Translations under genes and position numbers: made by a program
Assembly (NCBI GenBank): GCA_050175015.1
Contig: JBFXJJ010000020.1
Coordinates: 1-31,075, forward strand
Length of the DNA stretch: 31,075 nt
Direction: 5' to 3'
Origin: Alphaproteobacteria bacterium
GTDB lineage: Bacteria; Pseudomonadota; Alphaproteobacteria; JBFXJJ01
Shown: piece after piece, positions 16,937-26,247 of the stretch
How the letters are laid out: each line of letters begins with the position of its first letter
How positions within the stretch are numbered: position 1 is the stretch's first letter
The notes under the pieces: generated by a model
Told to the model about the DNA's origin: nothing
Seen by the model: only the letters and a program-made list of their open reading frames with translations
The model's database searches: none

Positions 16937-19050
16937 ATGAAACAACAGTTCCCTCAACTCTAAACGGATTAATGAAGACAATAAAAAAGTCTAAATATCC
17001 TTTAGCTCCAATTTACGAAGCCATATCAAATTCTATGCAGTCTATTAGCCAAAAAGGAGCAAGAAGCAAAGAAAACCCTGAAATAACAATAATTTTCAAT
17101 TTCAGAAGCCTTTTTAACGATATGCGAAATCTTGAAACTATTATTATCTCAGATAATGGCATTGGCTTTACAAATGAAAATTTTAAACGATTTGAGACCT
17201 TTCTTGATAACAGCAAAGGATTCAACAACAGAGGAACAGGAAGGCTTCAATTTCTCCATCGTTTTGATGATATTGAAATTGAAAGTTTTTATACCGAACA
17301 AAATACTTTTTACAAACGTAGTTTTTCTTATAACAGTCAAAATGCAATATATAATTCAGAATTAACAGAACAAACCGAAGATACAAAGCAAGTGAAAACA
17401 ACCTTAACTTTTAAATTAGGGGCAAATCTTGATAAGGAAAAAGAGTATTATAATTCATTAATAATCGAAAGTTTTGCAAAAGAAATAAAAAAGCATTTCC
17501 TGCTGTATTATCATCTTGAAAATACACCACCAACCATAAATATAAAATTTAATAACAACGAACAAGAAGAAGCCGTTTTAACCATCAAACCAAGCGATAT
17601 GCCCAAACCTAATAAAACAGGAAAGCTGTCTTTAAATTACTCAAAGTTTAACTATAACAAAGAAAAAGAAATTGAATGGCTTAATGTTCCAGATAAAAAA
17701 GAGCCTATTAATTGGGCTTATTTTAAATTATCTGAAAACGATTTTTCGCATAATGCTGTTTATTTGTGTAGCAACAACGTTGTTATCGAGCATTTTAACT
17801 GTGAAATAATCAGAAAAAATGATGCGGTGAATGGATATTTTTATTTAACCTTATTTTATGGTGATGTTTTTGATAAAAACACAACTCATTCGGTTGATGG
17901 CTTCACATTTCCAGGCAAAAAGGAAAAAGAAAGCACGATTAGACAGTTAGATTTTCTATGCCCAGATGAAGAATTTTTATTTTTTGACACAATCAAAGAA
18001 GAAATAAGCAAAATTATCCCTAACATATATGTCGATATTGTAGAGATAAAAAAAGAACAAGAGGTAAGAGTTAAGGAAATTGCAGAAAAGCACGGAATTC
18101 CTTCTGAATTAGCAGAAAAAATCAAAATAGATGTAAACGATGACGAAGATAAAGTTACAAATAAGCTTTATAAAGCACAGGCTGAAAACTTTGCCTCTGG
18201 TAATCAAAAAATCTTTAAAATTTTTGAACAATTAAATTCTTTAACACCTCAATCTGATAACTACCAAGAAGATTTGCGAGCAAAAAGCACAGAATTGCTA
18301 TCACTCATACCTCAACAAAACAAAGAGGAATTAAGCCGTTATATCATTCGTAGAGAAATAGTAGCTGATATTCTCAAAAAAATTCTGAATAACGAGTTAG
18401 ATTATCAAAAAATTGATACTGACAAGAAACAAAGAAAGGATAAAGAAGGTTTAATTCATGATTTAATATTTAAGAGAAAAAGCCCAAACACCGAATCCTT
18501 AAATGATCTATGGATACTTAATGAAGAATTTGTTCATTTTGAAGGGTGTTCTGATCTTCCCTTAAATCAAATAGCAGATTCTGAAGGGCAAAAAATATTA
18601 CAAAACATAGACGATAATACATTAAAAAAATATGGCATAAAGCCATTAAAACGACCAGATATCTTTCTTTATATAGAAGAAGGTAAATGCATACTTGTAG
18701 AATTAAAAGCGATTGATGTTGATTTATCAGATTGCCTCAACCAAATGACTAAATATTGTAATGTAATTGCTAATTTTTCATCAAAAAGATTTGAAAAATT
18801 CTTCTGTTATCTTATTGGCGAAAATATAAATAGAATTGACTTGCCTGGTGATTATGAACCAACAATAACAGGAGATTGGATAAAAAGACCTGATTTGCCT
18901 ATAAAATCTATTGAAGAAGGAAAAGAAGATATAACTATTGCAACAATTCAAACTGAGGTTATAAAACTATCATCAATTTATGATAGAGCATATAGACGCA
19001 ACAAGAGTTTTGCTGACAAACTAGGATTAAGGCAAAAAACATCAAAATAA
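16933..19050 (+). CDS. GHKL (HATPase-like) ATPase fused to a C-terminal PD-(D/E)xK nuclease-like domain
   Basis: EAISNS, DNGIGF and RGTGR GHKL motifs; RPD...ILVELK nuclease-type motif. Confidence 0.8.
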   Translation: MNETTVPSTLNGLMKTIKKSKYPLAPIYEAISNSMQSISQKGARSKENPEITIIFNFRSLFNDMRNLETIIISDNGIGFTNENFKRFETFLDNSKGFNNRGTGRLQFLHRFDDIEIESFYTEQNTFYKRSFSYNSQNAIYNSELTEQTEDTKQVKTTLTFKLGANLDKEKEYYNSLIIESFAKEIKKHFLLYYHLENTPPTINIKFNNNEQEEAVLTIKPSDMPKPNKTGKLSLNYSKFNYNKEKEIEWLNVPDKKEPINWAYFKLSENDFSHNAVYLCSNNVVIEHFNCEIIRKNDAVNGYFYLTLFYGDVFDKNTTHSVDGFTFPGKKEKESTIRQLDFLCPDEEFLFFDTIKEEISKIIPNIYVDIVEIKKEQEVRVKEIAEKHGIPSELAEKIKIDVNDDEDKVTNKLYKAQAENFASGNQKIFKIFEQLNSLTPQSDNYQEDLRAKSTELLSLIPQQNKEELSRYIIRREIVADILKKILNNELDYQKIDTDKKQRKDKEGLIHDLIFKRKSPNTESLNDLWILNEEFVHFEGCSDLPLNQIADSEGQKILQNIDDNTLKKYGIKPLKRPDIFLYIEEGKCILVELKAIDVDLSDCLNQMTKYCNVIANFSSKRFEKFFCYLIGENINRIDLPGDYEPTITGDWIKRPDLPIKSIEEGKEDITIATIQTEVIKLSSIYDRAYRRNKSFADKLGLRQKTSK

Positions 19051-19065
19051 TTTATTGTATAGAAA

Positions 19066-19347
19066 ATGATAATATCTTTTAAGTGTAAAGAAACAGCCAA
19101 AATATGGCACGGAGAAACTTCAAAAAAGCTTCCTTTTGATATTCAAAGAAGAGCGATAATCAAGCTTGCTATGATAAATAGGGCTAAAAAGATTGAGGAC
19201 TTGAAAATCCCTCCATCTAACAATCTTGAAGCGTTAAAAGGCGATAGAAAAGAGCAACATTCAATAAGAATAAACGATAAATGGCGAATATGTTTTATTT
19301 GGCAGGACAAAGATGCTCACAATGTTGAAATTGTTGATTATCACTAA
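19066..19347 (+). CDS. higB: HigB (RelE-like) toxin
   Basis: MIISFKCKET, DLKIPPSNNLEALKGDR..QHSIRINDKWRICF.W...VEIVDYH. Confidence 0.95.
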   Translation: MIISFKCKETAKIWHGETSKKLPFDIQRRAIIKLAMINRAKKIEDLKIPPSNNLEALKGDRKEQHSIRINDKWRICFIWQDKDAHNVEIVDYH

Positions 19348-19416
19348 AAACCTTGACTTTATAGGTTATCTGTATTATATATAAGTAATGATATTTATTT
19401 ATAAAGGCTTATCAAA

Positions 19417-19716
19417 ATGGAAAAATATATCGACATACCCCACATAGGCGAAGTTCTTTTTGAAGAGTTTATGGAGCCTTTAGGATTATCTCAAAATGCT
19501 CTTGCAAAGGCTCTAGGGATACCTCAAAACCGCATTAGCGATATTATTAACGGCAAGAGAGGTATAACCGCAGACACCGATTTAAGGCTCACTAAATACT
19601 TTGGTTTATCCGAAGGTTATTTTTTAGGCATTCAAGAAGATTTTGAACTTATCAAAACCAAAAGAAAGATCGCCAGCGAACTTGATGCTATTGTTCCTTA
19701 TAACAAAGTTGCTTAA
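19417..19716 (+). CDS. higA: HigA antitoxin
   Basis: HigA HTH signature, downstream of higB. Confidence 0.92.
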   Translation: MEKYIDIPHIGEVLFEEFMEPLGLSQNALAKALGIPQNRISDIINGKRGITADTDLRLTKYFGLSEGYFLGIQEDFELIKTKRKIASELDAIVPYNKVA

Positions 19717-19728
19717 GCTTAAATAAAT

Positions 19729-20580
19729 ATGAATGATGTTTTTCCTAATACCATCTATCAAGTAGTTTCTTACAAAAAGATAGGAGATTATGATTTTTAT
19801 GGCTGTCATGGAACAGCTTTTACTGTATATTACAATAATAAAATTTTTGTTATAACAGCAAAGCACTGTTTAAAAGTTCCTTTATCAGAACAAGAATTAT
19901 GTTTTTGCAATTTTACACACAATGACGCTTTTAACCTGCCATATAAAAAATTAATCACATCAAAGGATAAAAATGGCAACGATATGGATATTGCTGTTTT
20001 TGAAGTTGATATGAATGCAATGCAAGAGAACATTAAAAATAATGCAGAGATAAAAAGTCCTGATTATCTAGCTAATAAATTATTATCTCTTCCTCACATA
20101 CAAAAAATCTTTAAAAAATATTCACCAGATAAAGCATTAAAAAAATTAAAAAAAACGAATGCATATAAAAAGCAAAATGATGAACTTTTTAAAAATTTAA
20201 AAAATTCAAAAACATCTTTAATAAATGTTAGATGTTTAAAATTTGAAGAAATTACAAAGGTTGATATTAATAATGATTTTAGCATATTAGGTTATCCCTT
20301 AATCAACAACCTTCAAGAAATAGAATATGATGAAAATGGCAATGTTTTTGGAATAAAACAACACCTACAAAAAATTACTGGAACATACTTATCAAAAAGC
20401 AAAACAACTGATCTATATTCTTTAAAAATCAAAGAAGAAAACTGGTCTAATTTAAACGGCTTTAGTGGCTCACCTGTAATTCAAAACAACCGTGTTGTTG
20501 GTATGGTAACAAACGGAGGCAATAATCAAATTCATTTTTTACCATTTGATTTAATATATGAGCATATAAAAATCATCTGA
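19729..20580 (+). CDS. Trypsin-like serine protease
   Basis: GTAF, ITAKHC (His), DIAV (Asp) and GFSGSPV (Ser) motifs; no signal peptide visible. Confidence 0.8.
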   Translation: MNDVFPNTIYQVVSYKKIGDYDFYGCHGTAFTVYYNNKIFVITAKHCLKVPLSEQELCFCNFTHNDAFNLPYKKLITSKDKNGNDMDIAVFEVDMNAMQENIKNNAEIKSPDYLANKLLSLPHIQKIFKKYSPDKALKKLKKTNAYKKQNDELFKNLKNSKTSLINVRCLKFEEITKVDINNDFSILGYPLINNLQEIEYDENGNVFGIKQHLQKITGTYLSKSKTTDLYSLKIKEENWSNLNGFSGSPVIQNNRVVGMVTNGGNNQIHFLPFDLIYEHIKII

Positions 20581-20626
20581 ATATCTTTGATAAAAGCTTC
20601 CCAAAGTTGATAAAACACTTCCCAGA

Positions 20627-20646
20627 GTGTAGCACCAGCGTAGCAC
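20627..20646. promoter_or_regulatory. Putative integrase arm-type sites, right end of island 2
   Basis: Identical to 3314-3333. Confidence 0.7.
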
Positions 20647-20680
20647 TGTGATTTTTTACACAAGATTCTCCAGACAAGCA

Positions 20681-20713
20681 AAAAGCCCGTAAGTTGTTGA
20701 ATTTACGGGCTTT
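20681..20713 (-). terminator. Terminator-like hairpin after the tRNA 3' fragment
   Basis: AAAGCCCGTAA and TTACGGGCTTT arms, a few bases from the CCA end. Confidence 0.7.
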
Positions 20714-20763
20714 ATTTTGGTTGCGGGGGCAGGATTTGAACCATGCGACCTTCAGGTTATGAG
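20714..20763 (-). repeat. att site: 3' half of tRNA-Met(CAT)
   Basis: Identical to 3135-3184; identity stops at the 5' edge of the anticodon loop CTCATAA. Confidence 0.92.
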
Positions 20764-21039
20764 ACGGATTTGGGGTAAAACACCACAATCACCAACAAGC
20801 AAAAACAATAGGTTTTTCAATGCTTTGAGGTTGTTTTACGAGTTGTCCATTTTTGCCATTTTTTGCCATTTTTTAATATGAAGTGCCCCAAATTTGCCCC
20901 ACAGAATTTTCTTAAAACCCACCGATTCTCATGGACAATAAACAGCAACAAAAAAACAACTTTATAATTTTTGTATTTTAAAAGCAATTTATAATAAAAA
21001 TGCTAAATTTGATTGATAAACAATATTTATTGATGTAGC

Positions 21040-21078
21040 ATGTCCTTACAATCATTTTTTTAGTGATTTTAGGGACAT
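21040..21078. promoter_or_regulatory. Inverted-repeat operator of the abiE operon (putative)
   Basis: ATGTCCTTACAATCA and TGATTTTAGGGACAT arms just before the start codon; AbiEi proteins autoregulate at such repeats. Confidence 0.6.
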
Positions 21079-21079
21079 A

Positions 21080-21886
21080 ATGACTATAGATAATTACATA
21101 AAACAAATAAGGCAAAATGGAAAACGTTGCTTTTCTTTAAAAGATCTTGTTTCTGATTTAAAAATATCAGAAACCAACGCTCTTAATATGATTTCTTCCA
21201 AAAAAGAACAGAAAGACATTATAAGCCCTTCCAAAGGCTTTTATGTGATTGTGCCACCAGAACATCAATCGCAAGGTTCTATTCCTCCAGAAGAGCTTAT
21301 TCCGCTTCTTATGAAACATTTAAACTTAGATTATTATGTTTCTTTATTATCTGGAGCTGGATTTTACGGAGCTTCCCATCAAAAGCCTGCAAAGTTTCAA
21401 GTTGTAACTAACAAACGAATTAAGCACCCCCTTGATTTTGGTAAGGTTAAAATAGAAATTATTTATAAAAAATCTTTAGAAAATCTACCTATTAAGGACT
21501 TTACCGTCAGCACTGGATATTTAAAAGTTGCCACCCCTGAACTTATAACTTATGACCTTTTCTGCTATAAAGACAAATCTGGCGGGCTTAACCATATAGC
21601 AACCGTCCTATCAGAACTTGTTGAAGCAATAGACACTGAAAAGCTAATAGCTTTAGCAAACATAATTAATGAAAACACTTGGTTGCAAAGGTTTGGTTTT
21701 ATATTAGAACAAATTGATACTATGGACGATGACAAAAGACTGCTGATTATAAAAAGCCTAGAAAGCTACTTAAGCAACAAAAGATTGTTATATGTTCCCC
21801 TTGCCCCTGAAATTCCCAAAAAAGGCTTTAAACGCATAAAAAAATGGAAAATTATTGCCAACACTGAAATTGAGAGTGATTTATGA
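21080..21886 (+). CDS. abiEi: AbiEi-family type IV antitoxin / transcriptional regulator
   Basis: KGFYVIVPPE, YYVSLLSGA.FYGASHQ.P and VATPELI..DL motifs; ATGA overlap with the toxin gene. Confidence 0.88.
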   Translation: MTIDNYIKQIRQNGKRCFSLKDLVSDLKISETNALNMISSKKEQKDIISPSKGFYVIVPPEHQSQGSIPPEELIPLLMKHLNLDYYVSLLSGAGFYGASHQKPAKFQVVTNKRIKHPLDFGKVKIEIIYKKSLENLPIKDFTVSTGYLKVATPELITYDLFCYKDKSGGLNHIATVLSELVEAIDTEKLIALANIINENTWLQRFGFILEQIDTMDDDKRLLIIKSLESYLSNKRLLYVPLAPEIPKKGFKRIKKWKIIANTEIESDL

Positions 21887-22668
21887 TACCTGAAATTTTT
21901 ATTGAAAGCTGGAGAGAAACTGCAAAATGGCAAACTCTGGCTATGGTGGAACAAGACTTAATCATAAGTCGAGCTTTAATTGAGCTTTATAACAATCCCA
22001 ACATAAGCAACAGTCTTGTTTTTAGAGGCGGAACAGCTTTAAACAAGCTTTTTCTTAATCCTCCAGCCAGATATAGCGAAGATATTGATTTTGTTCAAAT
22101 CAAGCCAGAACCAATTGGAGCAACTATCGATACGATAAGAGAATTGTTTTCTTCTTGGCTAGGAGAGCCAAAAAGAAAAATCACCGAAAGAAGTGCAAAG
22201 CTTTTATATCAATATCAAGCAATAAACGGCTTGCCTTCAAAACTGAAAATAGAAATCAATACCACAGAACATTTTCAAGTTATGCCTCTTAAGAAAATGC
22301 CTTTTGATGTTAATTCAGAATGGTTTAATGGCAAAGCCGAAATTATTACCTATGAGCTTGAAGAGTTAATAGCTACCAAACTTAGGGCTTTATACCAAAG
22401 AAGAAAGGGGCGAGATCTTTTTGATTTATGGTATGTTTTAAAAGACCACAATCTTGATATTGATAACATTATTGAGACATTCAAAAAATACTGTGCTAAT
22501 GACGATATAACAATCTCAAAAGATGTTTTTCTGGAAAACTTGGAACAGAAAAAACTAAACATCGATTTCCAAACAGACATGAATGTTTTGCTCCCCAACC
22601 ACATAAATTGGGACTTTGAAAAAGCCTTTGATTTTGTTAAAACCAAAATTATTGAAAAGCTAAACTAG
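21883..22668 (+). CDS. abiEii: AbiEii-family nucleotidyltransferase toxin
   Basis: EQD, FRGGTAL, RYSEDIDF, KIEIN and KLRALYQR.KGRDLFDL motifs. Confidence 0.92.
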   Translation: MIPEIFIESWRETAKWQTLAMVEQDLIISRALIELYNNPNISNSLVFRGGTALNKLFLNPPARYSEDIDFVQIKPEPIGATIDTIRELFSSWLGEPKRKITERSAKLLYQYQAINGLPSKLKIEINTTEHFQVMPLKKMPFDVNSEWFNGKAEIITYELEELIATKLRALYQRRKGRDLFDLWYVLKDHNLDIDNIIETFKKYCANDDITISKDVFLENLEQKKLNIDFQTDMNVLLPNHINWDFEKAFDFVKTKIIEKLN

Positions 22669-22724
22669 GGGACAGGGTCATCTTTAGCAATGTTTTGTGA
22701 AAAATAATTATCAAAAAGCACATC

Positions 22725-22759
22725 TCATGAAAAATCGTTACAAGTCATGAAAAATCGTT
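22725..22759. repeat. 15-bp direct repeat
   Basis: TCATGAAAAATCGTT at 22725 and 22745. Confidence 0.7.
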
Positions 22760-23142
22760 TTATTTTCGATTTTTTGCGAAAAATGATTATGACTCTATCT
22801 TGCCACCTATTTTTTTCTTAAATTTTCAGCTCAAAATATACTCTTGGTTTAGTTACAGCATAAATTTTAAGAAGAATTTCTCTTAAAAGCATATTTGAAA
22901 GCAAAAACACAATGTCGCAATACTCAAAAATATATCGCAATAAGCCACATAACGTCGCGATAAAATTTTGCACCTGATTTTTGCAACAGATAAAACTGGA
23001 AATTATTTTAACCACTTTCGCCCCAAACTGGTAAAAAAATCACACCAATTTTCTTGACCGTAAAACACATTTAAGGAAAAACAGTTCAAGCCCAAAACTT
23101 GTCTTAAAAAGTCTTAAAAGTCTTTGTACTGCCCCCCAATTG

Positions 23143-23883
23143 TCAAGCAGCGTTTAGGAGAGTCAAGAAAGCGGTTTCGACCTGCATAGGCGTTTTGTAT
23201 TTCAGTGTCGAATGCAGGTAAGAATAGTTATATTTTTCAAGCCATGATTTTAACTCCGTCATAAGTTCATCTGCGCATTTCCAGTCTTGCAACCACGCAC
23301 ATTCTTCTTTCAACGTCCGCATAAAGCGTTCGGTATCGGCGTTGCCTTTGGGGTTGCAATACGCCGTAAAAATCTGTTCAACGTCAAGCGTTGCACATGT
23401 TTTCATAAAATTTACGCTGGTCGGTTGGCAACCATTATCGCTGATCAGTTTCAGGTTTTGCGCCCGCGATCCGTATTTAAACTGACGGTTTAAAGCCATA
23501 TCCAACGCTTGTAACCAATGTTCAGATTTGCTTTGCAAACCAATGTGATAGCCGACTACTTTTTTAGTAAACCAATCTAAAACAATAGTCGTATAGACCC
23601 AGCCTGTAGGCGTTAAAACTTTGGTCATATCAATGCCCCAATACTGGTTTGGCGCAGTTGGTTGAGGTTTTTTGGCTTGCGTCCGAAGTGCTTTCAAATG
23701 AACGTTTTTGCGGCATAACAGATTGTTTTGCTTCATTAAATCGTACACGCGTTTGTGATTAACGTCGAATTGTTCAACATATTTTAAAGTTGCCAAAATT
23801 CTGCGATACCCCCAAAAAGGGTGCATGCTTTTAAGGTAAGTAATGCGGTTCAAGATTTGAGTATTTTTAGCTTGGCAAGCCAA
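23143..23883 (-). CDS. IS3-family transposase OrfB (DDE)
   Basis: WGYRRI, WGIDMT, SDNGCQ, ERFMRTLKEE and HSTL.Y.TP motifs. Confidence 0.92.
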   Translation of the reverse strand: MACQAKNTQILNRITYLKSMHPFWGYRRILATLKYVEQFDVNHKRVYDLMKQNNLLCRKNVHLKALRTQAKKPQPTAPNQYWGIDMTKVLTPTGWVYTTIVLDWFTKKVVGYHIGLQSKSEHWLQALDMALNRQFKYGSRAQNLKLISDNGCQPTSVNFMKTCATLDVEQIFTAYCNPKGNADTERFMRTLKEECAWLQDWKCADELMTELKSWLEKYNYSYLHSTLKYKTPMQVETAFLTLLNAA

Positions 23884-23892
23884 GTATTTTCC

Positions 23893-24174
23893 TCATTTTT
23901 TACCAGTCCTCATTTTTTTAAGCTCCAAGGTAAGCTCGGCAACACATTGTTTAAGTTTGCGATTTTCCAATGAAAGCTTGGTTTCTTTCGCATTGGTTTT
24001 ATCAACTAAAAATACTTGTTCGCCTTTTTGTAAGAACTGGTCACGCAAACGATAATAATGTGCCTGACAAATACCATAAGATGCGCAAATTTCTGCGACA
24101 GATCGTCCTTTTATGCCTTCAATAACCAGTTGAAACTTCTGGCTGTTGGTAAGTTTTATGTTGTTTTTAGTCAT
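23893..24174 (-). CDS. IS3-family transposase OrfA (HTH and leucine zipper)
   Basis: SVAEIC..YGI....YY and EN.KLK..VAELTLE motifs. Confidence 0.88.
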   Translation of the reverse strand: MTKNNIKLTNSQKFQLVIEGIKGRSVAEICASYGICQAHYYRLRDQFLQKGEQVFLVDKTNAKETKLSLENRKLKQCVAELTLELKKMRTGKK

Positions 24175-24329
24175 GTTTTCCTTGCTCTAAATGACGGCAT
24201 TTAAAAAATTTAGCTTATATGGGCTATTTTTAAAATGCCTGAGGTTAAATGACTCTCATATTTTTTGCGTCACCAATTCGGGAACAGTATATGTATTCTT
24301 CAATAAGCGGTTCATTTTCTCTCCTGTTT

Positions 24330-25040
24330 TCATTCGATACTCCTTCCTTCTCCCGTTTCTTCATGCGTGATGCCGTCACGGATATGATAGATACGCTTGA
24401 AGGTTGGAATAATTTTCTCGTCGTGGGTCACGACAATAATGGCCGTCTCATATTCCCGTGCCATAGTGTTAAGAATACGAATAACAGCCATAGCGCGTTC
24501 AGAGTCAAGAGGGGCGGTTGGTTCATCGGCAAGGATAATGGGGGGACGGTTTACAAGCCCCCGCGCTATCGCCACACGTTGCTGTTCCCCGCCTGAAAGC
24601 TGGGATGGCATCGCGGTTGCCCTGTGCTGGACATCCAAAGCCGTGAGCAAATCCTTAGCTCGCCTCCGTGCTTCCTCGTTTGGAACACCTGCCAACATGG
24701 GCAAAAGGGCGACATTGTCGATCACATCAAGAAAAGGAATAAGATAGGGGGCTTGAAATACAAATCCGATTTTATCGCGGCGCAAGGCCCGCAGGTCGCC
24801 TACCTTCCAACCGTTGTCAAAGATGACCTCATCGCCTAGGGTCATGCGCCCTTCCGTTGGATCAATGATCGCGCCCAGACATTTAAGGAGCGTCGTTTTT
24901 CCAGAGCCGGAAGGGCCTATCAACCCGACAACCTCTCCAGCGTCAACCTGCATATCCACGCCCTTTAGGGCATAAACAGCTGTATCACCTTCGCCATATC
25001 GCTTCTTCAGCCCTTCAATGCGGATTCCTTTCCCTGCCAT
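24330..25040 (-). CDS. ABC transporter ATP-binding protein (MacB/LolD-like)
   Basis: [25 protein letters not shown] and VTHD motifs; ATG at 25040 follows the permease stop. Confidence 0.93.
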   Translation of the reverse strand: MAGKGIRIEGLKKRYGEGDTAVYALKGVDMQVDAGEVVGLIGPSGSGKTTLLKCLGAIIDPTEGRMTLGDEVIFDNGWKVGDLRALRRDKIGFVFQAPYLIPFLDVIDNVALLPMLAGVPNEEARRRAKDLLTALDVQHRATAMPSQLSGGEQQRVAIARGLVNRPPIILADEPTAPLDSERAMAVIRILNTMAREYETAIIVVTHDEKIIPTFKRIYHIRDGITHEETGEGRSIE

Positions 25041-25041
25041 T

Positions 25042-26247
25042 CTATCCTCCGATGGCCTCTGCTGGATCAACTTTTATTGCAATCCGAATAGCGATGACAC
25101 TGGCCAGCGTGCAAATCAGCATTACAACAAAAAATCCCGCGATAGAGTCTTGAGGAATCAAGAGCACATATTTTGGAAACGCAGGGGCCGCGAACGTCGC
25201 CGTGATTTTGCCGACAATGAACCCGATAATCCCAAGAGCCAAAGACTGCTGCAAGATCATAGAGGCTATCGTACGGTTTCTTGTTCCGATCAGCTTAAGC
25301 ACCGCGATCTCTCGTATTTTATCCATTGTGAGGGTATAAATGATAAACGCCACGATGGCCGCGCTGACCACGGCTAAGATAACAAGAAACATGGCAATCT
25401 GTTTAGCGGAGGTGGCAATCAGCTTCCCAATTAATATCGTTTCCATTTGCTCCCGCGTATAAACAGTCAGTCGTTTCCAACGCGCGATATTTTTTGCCGC
25501 TTCTTCCGGAGAAGATGTGGGCGAGACTTTAACCAAAACAGCATTCACATAGCTGTTCGTATTTTGTGTGGCCAGAGTTGCCTCAAGAAGATCGGGGATA
25601 GCGGGTTGATTGAATATGGGGTTCTCTGAGGTCCGCCGACGATTTTGCAAAATAGCGTCATTGTCTTTCAGAAACTGGGCCTCCTGCGCATCTTTGAGCG
25701 GGATAAAGATCATGGGATCGCCGCTGGAAGAGACCATGCGGCGCGTCAAACCAACCACTTCATATGTGTTGCGGCGAATGGTAATTTTGTCCCCAATATT
25801 GAATCCTGTTTTTATATCGGCGACGGCCTCGTAATGAGAGCGTGTTATGTGTCTCCCCGCGACAAGATAGGGTGGCCATCCGGACGAAGTCGGTCTGGAG
25901 CTTGGCATTATCCCGACAATCATCGCCCTTACGTCTTGTTGTTCCCTTCTGACCTGCATGGTTAGATAGGTCACATTCACGGCCTCCTGCACCCCTGGCA
26001 TCAACAGGATAGAACGATAGAAGTCATCATTGATGCTTGATGATTCGGCATAAGGGCCCAGCGTGTCTTTCTGCACAACCCACAAATCCGACCGACTGTT
26101 ATCGAGCAAGGCCTTTCCATCATCGACCATGCCACGATAAACGCCAGCCATGACAAGCGTGACACCGATCAAAAGACCGAGGCCAATGCCGGTAAAAACA
26201 AACTTACCCCAGGAATGAAGAATATCCCGACCGGCAAGACTAATCAT
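25042..26247 (-). CDS. ABC transporter permease (MacB/FtsX-like)
   Basis: One N-terminal TM, large periplasmic domain, three C-terminal TMs, REIAVLKLIG. Confidence 0.9.
   Translation of the reverse strand: MISLAGRDILHSWGKFVFTGIGLGLLIGVTLVMAGVYRGMVDDGKALLDNSRSDLWVVQKDTLGPYAESSSINDDFYRSILLMPGVQEAVNVTYLTMQVRREQQDVRAMIVGIMPSSRPTSSGWPPYLVAGRHITRSHYEAVADIKTGFNIGDKITIRRNTYEVVGLTRRMVSSSGDPMIFIPLKDAQEAQFLKDNDAILQNRRRTSENPIFNQPAIPDLLEATLATQNTNSYVNAVLVKVSPTSSPEEAAKNIARWKRLTVYTREQMETILIGKLIATSAKQIAMFLVILAVVSAAIVAFIIYTLTMDKIREIAVLKLIGTRNRTIASMILQQSLALGIIGFIVGKITATFAAPAFPKYVLLIPQDSIAGFFVVMLICTLASVIAIRIAIKVDPAEAIGG

Larger units (their letters stand above)
3135..20763. mobile_element. Complete integrative, probably mobilizable, genomic island at tRNA-Met carrying defence cargo
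   Basis: Bounded by a perfect 50-bp direct repeat; identical 20-bp arm-site repeat inside both ends; encodes integrase, excisionase, TraK and TraL. Confidence 0.88.
23125..24291 (-). mobile_element. IS3-family insertion sequence, copy 1
   Basis: Terminal IRs TGTACTGCCCCCCAATTG and TATACTGTTCCCGAATTG; orfA and orfB. Confidence 0.92.

Noticed and set aside
361-22646. Short antisense or nested ORFs such as 361..645, 3584..4018, 4770..5192, 17013..17228 and 22350..22646
   Set aside because: They lie within longer genes that have clear family motifs or better support.
23884-23895. TGA reassigned to an amino acid (alternative genetic code)
   Set aside because: TGA acts as a stop in ATGA overlaps at 16933-16936 and 21883-21886 and at the end of orfB.
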